From NCBI GenBank assembly GCA_964634695.1, contig CAZWJX010000007.1, positions 1 through 30,461 of the forward strand: a stretch of DNA of 30,461 nt, in the 5' to 3' direction. The stretch comes from an uncultured Syntrophobacterales bacterium. Its GTDB lineage: Bacteria > Desulfobacterota > Syntrophobacteria > Syntrophobacterales > Thermodesulforhabdaceae. Under the pieces are notes generated by a model, which made no database searches, had not been told where the DNA came from, and worked only from the letters and a program-made list of their open reading frames with translations. Made by a program: the position numbers and the translations under genes. Numbering within the stretch: position 1 is the stretch's first letter; each line of letters begins with the position of its first letter. Below are positions 7,937 through 15,269 of the stretch, in pieces.

Positions 7937-8371
7937 TTATTTCTGACATTCTCCTATCCATCTCCCTTTGACTTTGTAAGTCACCTCCACTTTGTCTTCG
8001 CCCGACGATGTAGCTCTGGAGGATCCTTCAAATGAATCGCCTCTGTACGTTATCTCGCCTTCATTTGTCATTATTTCATTACCTTCTTTGCATACGATTT
8101 TGAAATGAACGGTATTCCCTTCAATTTTCTCTTCTACCTTACAGTCCTGCTTGCTCTCACTTCCTACAAAGATATTTCTTGAGTAATTCGCATTCTTATC
8201 TTTTATACACTGGGTAATTTTTTGAGGCGGCATTTGATATGGGACATTGGATGCTGTCATTTCAGTAGTAATTTCCCATAAGCCCTCCTTGAAGTTTAAC
8301 TCTCCACAAAAACTATTGTGCGACATAAAAAATGAACAAATCAGTATCAGGTAAAAAAACATTCTCCGCAT
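7937..8371 (-). CDS. DUF3617-family secreted protein (144 aa)
   Basis: Signal peptide followed by GLWEIT...QCI...DCKV...VC...GEITYRGDSFEG...GRWIGEC, the pattern I associate with DUF3617. Confidence 0.8.
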   Translation of the reverse strand: MRRMFFYLILICSFFMSHNSFCGELNFKEGLWEITTEMTASNVPYQMPPQKITQCIKDKNANYSRNIFVGSESKQDCKVEEKIEGNTVHFKIVCKEGNEIMTNEGEITYRGDSFEGSSRATSSGEDKVEVTYKVKGRWIGECQK

Positions 8372-8609
8372 TTTTCTCTCCTTTTACAGAAGTTATCCAT
8401 GAAGTCTCCAACCATTCGTTGATGCTACATTTTTGACATCAAAGAACTATATTCGAACTCTATAGTAGCCATCTATCTCTGTCAACGAATTTTGCTTTTT
8501 CAGAAACAAAACTCATAATAGATTGACCCCCTGAATTATTTTGTGCTAAAAAGTTCTTGATATAAAGCTGGATTTATCCCTTTAACCGAACTGTTTGGAG
8601 GATAGACTT

Positions 8610-8779
8610 ATGAGAGAGATGAAATTCTGGAAAAACTCAGGGAAAAGGGACTTACTGTTGAAGCTCTGGCTGAAAAGATGGGGTTTGATGCCAACATTTT
8701 GAAACTTTATCTTGCCCCTGATGATTATCCCATTCCGGATAGAATCATCAAAAAAATTGAGGAATCACTAGCAGCTTAA
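8610..8779 (+). pseudogene. Small HTH (XRE/Cro-like) DNA-binding protein, frameshifted directly after the start codon
   Basis: GGAGG SD (8597-8601) and ATG 8610. Frame 8618-8779 reads DEILEKLREKGLTVEALAEKMGFDANILKLYLAPDDYPIPDRIIKKIEESLAA* but is out of frame with the ATG across a GAGAGAGA run, and TAG 8603-8605 blocks that frame upstream. Confidence 0.65.
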
Positions 8780-8865
8780 ATTGGAAATCATGTAGAAATA
8801 CGCAAAAAAAATCCGCATCCCATTATGAACTTCTCTCTGATTTAACTTAAGTAACTATCAAAAAT

Positions 8866-8888
8866 GGGGTGGATTTAAACTCCGCCCC
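8866..8888. terminator. GC-rich stem-loop (possible terminator or degenerate GTAG-type REP)
   Basis: GGGGTGGA-TTTAAAC-TCCGCCCC, an 8-bp stem with one G-T pair, in intergenic position. Confidence 0.35.
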
Positions 8889-8938
8889 GGACAAGATCTA
8901 GGTTTACCGCAAGCACTTTTAATATCCAGGATTCAAAA

Positions 8939-9878
8939 ATGGAAATTACAGAATTGCAGAAGAAAACTTCTCAGGCGATAGTAAATATTTTTGAAACTGG
9001 TACTCCTCATGGTCATTATGGAAAAGTAACTCTTATACCCGGTGATCCCGGACATCTCACTTATGGAAGATCGCAGACCACGCTGAGCAGTGGAAATCTT
9101 TACCTTCTTATTAAGGATTACTGCAGCAGAGAAGGAGCTGTCTTAAAAGATAAACTTTCAGCTTACCTTGACCGTCTTTCAGCTAGGGATACGTCTCTTG
9201 ACAATGACATGTCGTTTCGGCGCCTTCTCAATGAAGCGGGAGACGATCCGGTGATGCAGGAAACTCAGGATAAGTTTTTTGATCGCATTTACTGGAATCC
9301 GGCAGTAAGCATCGCAGAAAAAAATGGGCATGACGAAGGTTCTTAGTGTCTGTGTGGTCTATGACAGCAAAATCCATGGTTCATGGAAACTTGTTCGTGA
9401 TCTTACAGAGCAAAAAGTGGGAACTTTTACTCAAGAACTGGAAGACAAATGGATTACCTGCTACGTTGAAACTCGCCGAAACTGGCTGGCAAATCACCCA
9501 ATTAAAATTCTCAGGAAAACCGTTTATAGGATGGATGCTTTTATTCAACTTATAAAGGAAAACAACTGGGATCTAGATCTTCCTTTATGGGTTTGCGGAA
9601 TAAGGCTTGATGAAGCTACTATAACCGGGCATTTTCTCAGAGCTTCAGCAACAGTTACCGAAGTGAGACTTTTAATGTTGACGCTACCCTACCAGAAAGG
9701 CGAGGATGTTCGTGAAGTACAAAAGGCTTTGCAACGTCATGGCTACGATGTCGAAGCAGATGGAGTCTTCGGTCCAGAAACGGATCTCGCCGTGAAAAAC
9801 TTTCAAAAACGATATGGCCTTGTGGTCGATGGTATTGTTGGGCCTGCGACTCTTGCAAAACTTGGTATTGAAGATTAA
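8939..9878 (+). pseudogene. Chitosanase (GH46)/lysozyme-like hydrolase with C-terminal peptidoglycan-binding domain, split by a frameshift (ORFs 8939-9346 and 9324-9878)
   Basis: N-part AIVNIFETG...GDPGHLTYGRSQTT...MQETQDKFFDRIYW; C-part VVYDSKIHGSW...YRMDAF plus a PG_binding_1 domain (GEDVREVQKALQRHGY...DGVFGPETDLAVKNFQKRYGLVVDGIVGPATLAKL). Deleting one A from the A7 run at 9318-9324 gives one 312-aa ORF (...AEKMGMTKVLSVCVVYDS...). Confidence 0.8.
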
Positions 9879-9892
9879 CCGGGGAGGTTGAG

Positions 9893-10435
9893 ATGGCGGA
9901 TATACACGTACCGTCGATTCCGTATCGAAATGTAAGGCCTCACGTATCCACAGGCGATGCAATTTTATGGAAAGGACGTAACTTGCTGGCAAGGATGATA
10001 AGACTATGGACGCCTTTTAACCATGCTTCGCTGGTTGTACGGCTCCAGAGGTACGACACCCTTGAACAGAGAGTTTTTCTGGTAGAAGCTATGGCTACCG
10101 GGCTGGAACTTCGCCTGCTTTCCAAACGGTTAGAAAACTATGACGGTGAAGCTTTCTGGTTTCATGTGGAAATGACGGAAGATCAACGATCACAAATACT
10201 GGATTTTGCCCTTACAAATTGTGCATCAGGCATTCCTTATGACTATGAATCTTTATTCAAAAATATGCTTGGAAGAGTATCTGCAGACGCAACAAGATAC
10301 TTCTGTTCAGAATTTGTATTCGATGCATGGGTTCACGCCGGCGTAACTTCATACCCCCCATCGGGTTCGGCTCCCAGACCTGGTGACATTCCAAAATGGG
10401 CTAAAGGAATATTAACCCAAATTACTGCTGAATAG
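9893..10435 (+). CDS. Circularly permuted NlpC/P60 (YiiX/YaeF-like) papain-fold hydrolase
   Basis: TGDAILW...FNHASL...YDY...YFCSEFV, with His before Cys as in permuted members; GGGGAGG SD. Confidence 0.8.
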   Translation: MADIHVPSIPYRNVRPHVSTGDAILWKGRNLLARMIRLWTPFNHASLVVRLQRYDTLEQRVFLVEAMATGLELRLLSKRLENYDGEAFWFHVEMTEDQRSQILDFALTNCASGIPYDYESLFKNMLGRVSADATRYFCSEFVFDAWVHAGVTSYPPSGSAPRPGDIPKWAKGILTQITAE

Positions 10436-10450
10436 AAAGCCATCAACGCT

Positions 10451-11149
10451 ATGACCGTTCAAGAGGCAATTGAACTTACCCCAATTTTTTCGGCCCTCAG
10501 TCCCGAATCAAAAAAAGAACTGGCGAATTTCTGCATTATAAAACATTACACCAAGGGTGAAACTTTATTCAGGGAAGGGACTAAAGCAAAAGGGTTTTTC
10601 GTTGTCCTTTCTGGGCTGGTTAAAGTTTTTAAAACGTCGTGGGAAGGAAAGGAACAGATACTTCACGTATTTGGCCCTTATGAAATATTTGCCGAAGTTC
10701 CCGTGTTTCACGGCACCACATACCCTGCTTCCGCGGAAGCCCTTGCCGAAACGGACGTGTTGTTTATTCCCAAAGAGGATTTCTTAACTTTTCTAAGTAA
10801 TCACGGCTCAGCAGCCATAGAGCTTCTCGCGGTGCTTTCGGAACGGCTCCGTCTGTTCACAAAACTTATTGAGGATCTTTCCCTTAAAGAAGTGCCTGCC
10901 CGTCTGGCTTCCTATATTCTTTATCGCCAGACTCAGGAAAAAGGAAATCGATCAATAACTCTTGACATTCCCAAAAACCTTCTAGCAGGACTTCTTGGAA
11001 CAACCCCGGAATCACTATCTCGAGCCTTTGCCAGAATGAAACAGATCGGATGTATAGACACATCGGGGCGAAATATAATAATCAATAACAGAGAACTTCT
11101 GGAACGAATCGCTCTGGAGGGAAGATGGACTGAAGATGATGAGATTTGA
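10451..11149 (+). CDS. Crp/Fnr family transcriptional regulator (HcpR/Dnr-like)
   Basis: cNMP-binding-like domain (LFREG...FFVVLSGLVKVFK...GKEQIL...FAEVPVF...YPASAEA) and C-terminal HTH (LAGLLGTTPESLSRAF); no Fnr-type Cys cluster. Confidence 0.9.
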   Translation: MTVQEAIELTPIFSALSPESKKELANFCIIKHYTKGETLFREGTKAKGFFVVLSGLVKVFKTSWEGKEQILHVFGPYEIFAEVPVFHGTTYPASAEALAETDVLFIPKEDFLTFLSNHGSAAIELLAVLSERLRLFTKLIEDLSLKEVPARLASYILYRQTQEKGNRSITLDIPKNLLAGLLGTTPESLSRAFARMKQIGCIDTSGRNIIINNRELLERIALEGRWTEDDEI

Positions 11150-11188
11150 TCACGGAGACCGCTAAAATCTAACCTTTGGGGGGAAATT

Positions 11189-11794
11189 TTGAATATACGT
11201 ATAGTCGCCATTTACGGAAGTCCACGTAAGGAAGGAAACACATCGAGGCTTCTTCGCGAAGCCGTGAGAGGTATGAAAGATGCCGGGGGAAAGATAGAAG
11301 AATTTTTCCTTCGTGATATGCAGATAAAGCCCTGCATGGAAATTTACGGATGCAAGGAAACCGGACGATGTGTCATACAGGATGACTTTCATATCATTGC
11401 CGATGCTATAGATAAGGCGGACGGTATTGCTCTGGCATCGCCCGTTTTCTTCTACACCGTAAGCGCCCACACTAAGGCGTTCATGGATCGATGCCAGTCC
11501 TTTTGGGTCAGGAAATACTGGATAGACCGGGTACCTTTCGGTAGCAGAAACGACAGTAGATTTGGACTTTTCATTTCGGTCGGGGCAACCAGAGGACAGA
11601 AGCTCTTCGACGGAGTGCTTTTAACCGTTCGTTATTTCCTGGACGCCGTTGATGCTACTCTATGGAAAAGCCTTCTCTATCGTGGATTGGACGGGCCTGA
11701 TGATGTCTTAAAAGTGCCGGCCTATCTGGAAGAAGCTTACGAAACGGGAAAAGAGTTTGTAGAATTCATTAGATCAAGAAAAGAGTCACCGTGA
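11189..11794 (+). CDS. Flavodoxin-fold NADPH-dependent FMN reductase / iron-sulfur flavoprotein-like protein
   Basis: GSPRKEGNT phosphate loop, LASPVFFYTVSAHTKAFMDR, Cys cluster CMEIYGCKETGRC; TTG start with GGGGG SD. Confidence 0.85.
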   Translation: MNIRIVAIYGSPRKEGNTSRLLREAVRGMKDAGGKIEEFFLRDMQIKPCMEIYGCKETGRCVIQDDFHIIADAIDKADGIALASPVFFYTVSAHTKAFMDRCQSFWVRKYWIDRVPFGSRNDSRFGLFISVGATRGQKLFDGVLLTVRYFLDAVDATLWKSLLYRGLDGPDDVLKVPAYLEEAYETGKEFVEFIRSRKESP

Positions 11795-12612
11795 AGCCGG
11801 ATACATCCTTTAGCAACCTGATGGACCGGATTTATGAGAAATACCACCGGCGCGAATTTATCGGATATGACCCGGTTGGCTTCTTACATTTCTATCCAGA
11901 AAAGGAAGATAGAGAAATCGCTGCTCTCGTTGCAGCTTCACTTGCCTTCGGGCGAGTAGAACAAATTCATCGTAATGTGAAAACGGTACTTTCCTGGATG
12001 CAGCCCGGTCCCCGGGTGTGGATAGAATCTTTTGAAAGATCCACGCTAGAACAAATTCATTTTAAGCACAGGTTTGTGTCCAAGGAGGATCTGCTGGATC
12101 TTATTGAAGGTATTCAGATAGTAATTCACCGCTGGGGAAGTCTGGAAAACTGCTTCAAAAAAGCATGGGAAAAAAGCGATAACGATATTCTTAAAGCTGT
12201 CGCTATATTCCGGCTCAGTCTTATGCAAAACGGTGGATTCAGGTGCCAGATGCTTCTTCCCGATCCGGGACATAAAAGCCCCTGCAAGAGATGGATGCTT
12301 TTTCTGAGATGGATGGTAAGACACGATGAAATAGATCCCGGCGGATGGGAATCGTTCATGAGTCCAGAAGATCTGGTTGTGCCGGTGGATGTGCATATGC
12401 AAAAAATTGCCCGGAGGCTTGGCTTTTCTTTGCGACGAAGCGTTGATTGGCGAATGGCTATTGAAATCACCGAAGCTCTCAAAACATTCGATCCCTGCGA
12501 CCCCGTAAAGTACGACTTTTCCCTGACCAGATGGAGTATGGACGGCTTTCCCGAACCGGAAAATGAAACGAGAGCGACCGGTGACAGCAAGATTCAAGCG
12601 ACTTATTTTTGA
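11791..12612 (+). CDS. TIGR02757 family (DUF2400) protein
   Basis: DPV...DREIAALVAASLAFGRVEQI...CKRWMLFLRWMVR...PVDVH...DPCDPVKYDFSL; GTGA overlap with the upstream stop. Confidence 0.85.
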   Translation: MKPDTSFSNLMDRIYEKYHRREFIGYDPVGFLHFYPEKEDREIAALVAASLAFGRVEQIHRNVKTVLSWMQPGPRVWIESFERSTLEQIHFKHRFVSKEDLLDLIEGIQIVIHRWGSLENCFKKAWEKSDNDILKAVAIFRLSLMQNGGFRCQMLLPDPGHKSPCKRWMLFLRWMVRHDEIDPGGWESFMSPEDLVVPVDVHMQKIARRLGFSLRRSVDWRMAIEITEALKTFDPCDPVKYDFSLTRWSMDGFPEPENETRATGDSKIQATYF

Positions 12613-12654
12613 ATAACACAGGCGAGAAACACAAAATGAGCAGGAGGACGGAAA

Positions 12655-12906
12655 ATGGCAAAAAAAGTAATGCTCTATGCACTCAGCACCTGCATTCACT
12701 GCAAAAACACAAAGGAATTTCTCAAGGGGTGTGGAGTCGATTATGACTGTATTGACGTGGACATGTTGACAGGGGAAGAAAGAGAGAAAGTCATAGAAGA
12801 GGTTCGTAAGTTAAATCCGAACCTTACTTTTCCAACTCTGGTGGTAGGGGACGAAGTAATAGTGGGCTTCAGGAAAGATAAGATTGAGGAGGCCTTGAAC
12901 AAATGA
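12655..12906 (+). CDS. Glutaredoxin-like (NrdH-type) redoxin
   Basis: LYALSTCIHCKNTK (CxxC), TFPTLVVGDEVIVGF. Confidence 0.9.
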   Translation: MAKKVMLYALSTCIHCKNTKEFLKGCGVDYDCIDVDMLTGEEREKVIEEVRKLNPNLTFPTLVVGDEVIVGFRKDKIEEALNK

Positions 12907-13226
12907 CTCCGCAGGAACTATACGAAAAGCTTAAACCCATTCAGGAAGCAAAGGGCTATTTTTTTAACAAAGACAAAGAAATGGTCATGCAGCTTCTGGA
13001 AGGCCTTTTGATCAACAAAGAACGATACGGATACATGAGCTGTCCATGTCGGCTGGCGAGCGGCGATAGAGAAAAAGACAAGGACATAATTTGCCCCTGC
13101 GTCTATCGTGAGCCCGACGTTAAAGAATACGGAAGTTGTTACTGCGGACTCTACGTATCAAAAGAATGGAACGAGGGTTTGATCCCGCATGTTTATGTTC
13201 CGGAACGGCGAAAAATCACTCAGTAG
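12903..13226 (+). CDS. Ferredoxin:thioredoxin reductase, catalytic subunit
   Basis: YGYMSCPCRL...ICPCVY...YGSCYCGLY (CPC/CPC/CxC); ATGA overlap with the glutaredoxin gene. Confidence 0.9.
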   Translation: MTPQELYEKLKPIQEAKGYFFNKDKEMVMQLLEGLLINKERYGYMSCPCRLASGDREKDKDIICPCVYREPDVKEYGSCYCGLYVSKEWNEGLIPHVYVPERRKITQ

Positions 13227-13293
13227 ATTGGAGATTTTACGGCAGTATTGCCGGCGAATAAAAAGGCAAAAAAACAATCGGGAGACAACAGGC

Positions 13294-13770
13294 ATGTACA
13301 GTCCGGGAGAGATTCTTAATCTCGCAATGATAATTGAAGAAAACGGTGAAGAATTCTATTACGAGCTTGCAGATCTTGCCAAGGATAGCTGTACAAGAGA
13401 GCTTCTGAAAAAGCTTGCAGAAGAGGAGAATAAACACAGACAACGGTTTCTGGAACTCAAAAGACACATTGACAGAATTTATAAACCGGATGCGCTGGAA
13501 AAGGTCTCCCGATTTCTAACTTCCGAAGCTTTTGGTGCGAGGCTATTTTCTCTGGACAGGGAAAAATTGAAAAGCATTGGAAGCTTCGAAGATGCCCTCC
13601 AGCTTGCTATAACACTCGAAGAGGATTCTATTATTTTTTACGAACTACTTAAATCTCTCTCCGACAGGGAAGAAACTCTAAAGGTTTTGGAGTTTATCAT
13701 CAAAGAAGAAAGGTCCCACGTAAATACCTTGAAAGAAATAGCCCTTTCGCTTGAAAAATCCTGTGCCTAG
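13294..13770 (+). CDS. Rubrerythrin/ferritin-like diiron protein (158 aa from ATG 13294)
   Basis: IEENGEEFY, LAEEENKH, LEEDSIIFY, IIKEERSH: duplicated ExxxxxxY/ExxH motifs; GGAG SD before 13294. Confidence 0.85.
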   Translation: MYSPGEILNLAMIIEENGEEFYYELADLAKDSCTRELLKKLAEEENKHRQRFLELKRHIDRIYKPDALEKVSRFLTSEAFGARLFSLDREKLKSIGSFEDALQLAITLEEDSIIFYELLKSLSDREETLKVLEFIIKEERSHVNTLKEIALSLEKSCA

Positions 13771-14353
13771 CCCGAGTTTGTCAAGGCATTTTGTAAAATT
13801 ATTGAAGTCATTGGACGTGGGGCCCCAGATTCTACACTAATGCGTCGTAAAGATTTCAGTGAACTCCCCAGTGAGAGATTGCCACGGCCACTTCGTGGCC
13901 TCGCAATGACGGTTTCGGTAGGGATTGCCGCGCGCCCTCCGGGCGCTCGCAATGACTCTTCTTCGTGTCATTGCGAGCGAAGCGAAGCAATCTCGTCAGT
14001 GTGTCATTGCGAGGAGCGAAGCGACGAAGCAATCTCTTATTGTTGTGCTCTGTGTCATTGCGAGCGAAGCGAATCAATCTCTCCTTGTTTTACCCTGCGT
14101 CATTGCGAGCCCGAACGAAGTGAGGGCGAAGCAATCCCTTTTTGTCCGTCTTTGGAAGATTGCCACGGCCACTTCGTGGCCTTGCAATGACGGTTTCGGT
14201 AGGGATTGCCACGCGCCCTCCGGGCGCTCGCAATGACTCTTCTTTGTGTCATTGCGAGCGAAGCGAATCAATCTCTCCTTGTTTTCCCCTGCGTCATTGC
14301 GAGCCCGAACGAAGTGAGGGCGAAGCAATCCCTTTGTTGTGGTAAGTTCGGCT
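13770..14353. mobile_element. MITE-like non-autonomous element carrying REP array 2, flanked by TA at a reconstructed CCTAGG site
   Basis: Left ~105 bp and right 25 bp are homologous to the ends of 27831-28136; TA at 13768-13769 and 14354-14355; excision restores overlapping TAG stops of both flanking genes. Confidence 0.6.
13875..14332. repeat. REP/BIME-like array 2 (10 units, internal tandem duplication)
   Basis: B 13875-13910, B 13921-13956, A 13967-13994, A 14003-14036, A 14054-14081, A 14099-14138, B 14156-14191, B 14202-14237, A 14248-14275, A 14293-14332. Confidence 0.95.
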
Positions 14354-14994
14354 TAGGTCACGGGGTTTTTCTCACGCCGCATGCTGAGAGCCTTTATAAC
14401 GGTCGGAAGAAAAGAAACTACAATGATTCCGACGATTACTAGCGAGAAATTCTTCTTGACAAAAGACAGATTCCCGAAGTGGTAACCTATCCATGTAAGC
14501 GACGATGTCCACAAAACACTGCCCAGAGCATTATAAAACATGAACTTACCATAGTTCATTCGACCAATACCGGCAACAAAAGGGACGAACGTCCTGAAAA
14601 TCGGAAGAAACCTTGCTATTACAACGGCCTTTGACCCGTGTTTTTCATAGAACGCGTGAGTCGTTTCAAGATGTTTTTTGTTGAAAAAAATAGACTTTTC
14701 TTTTGAAAATACTTTTGGACCAACATACCTTCCTATGTGGTAATTTACAACATTTCCCAAAACGGCGGCAATGCTCATGGTGCCGAAAGCTACCCACGGA
14801 TCGAGAAGTTCTCTAGCCGCAAGCGCACCTACGGCAAACAGCAGTGAATCCCCCGGCAAAAACGGAGTTACCACAAAGCCGGTTTCAGAAAAAATGATGA
14901 AAAACAGCACTACATATGTCCAGGAGCCGACAAACTCCAGTAGCCTTTCAAGATAAATATCAACGTGCAAAATAAAATCGACGAATTCAGACAC
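14353..14994 (-). CDS. dedA: DedA family membrane protein (213 aa from GTG 14994)
   Basis: IIFSETGFVVTPFLPGDSLLFAVGAL...ARFLPIFRTFVPFVAG...GYHFGN; GGGGGT SD 6 nt before GTG. Confidence 0.9.
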   Translation of the reverse strand: MSEFVDFILHVDIYLERLLEFVGSWTYVVLFFIIFSETGFVVTPFLPGDSLLFAVGALAARELLDPWVAFGTMSIAAVLGNVVNYHIGRYVGPKVFSKEKSIFFNKKHLETTHAFYEKHGSKAVVIARFLPIFRTFVPFVAGIGRMNYGKFMFYNALGSVLWTSSLTWIGYHFGNLSFVKKNFSLVIVGIIVVSFLPTVIKALSMRREKNPVT

Positions 14995-15170
14995 GTTCAC
15001 ACCCCCATTTCTGAATTTCCCAACACATGAGCAACATAAAATCCCTTGATTGTCCAGTCTTTTCAAGAATCAAGAACCAAAAAAGTGCTTACTGTCGAGA
15101 TGATCCCTCTCCTCACTCCTACCCACAGAAAGCTCATCACTTCCTGAAATTGAATAAGTCCAGTCTATAA

Positions 15171-15200
15171 TTGACAAACTGAAGTTTGTTCTGGTTTACT
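15171..15200 (+). promoter_or_regulatory. Putative sigma70 promoter of the liv operon with overlapping palindrome
   Basis: TTGACA (15171-15176), 18-nt spacer, TG-n-TTTACT (15195-15200); inverted repeat ACAAAC-TGAA-GTTTGT at 15174-15189. Confidence 0.5.
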
Positions 15201-15269
15201 AGGTCGGCAATATCTCTGGAATCGGGGCACTACATTTGAGAAAACCAGAAAAAGGAGGAGAATGGCATC

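Noticed and set aside
9318-9324. Programmed -1 ribosomal frameshift at A-AAA-AAU
   Set aside because: The downstream half is in the +1 frame ((9324-8939) mod 3 = 1), so a -1 shift would not join the halves.
13875-14332. Repeat arrays as CRISPR arrays
   Set aside because: Units alternate in orientation and vary internally, linkers are only ~1-22 nt and are reused, and no cas genes are present.
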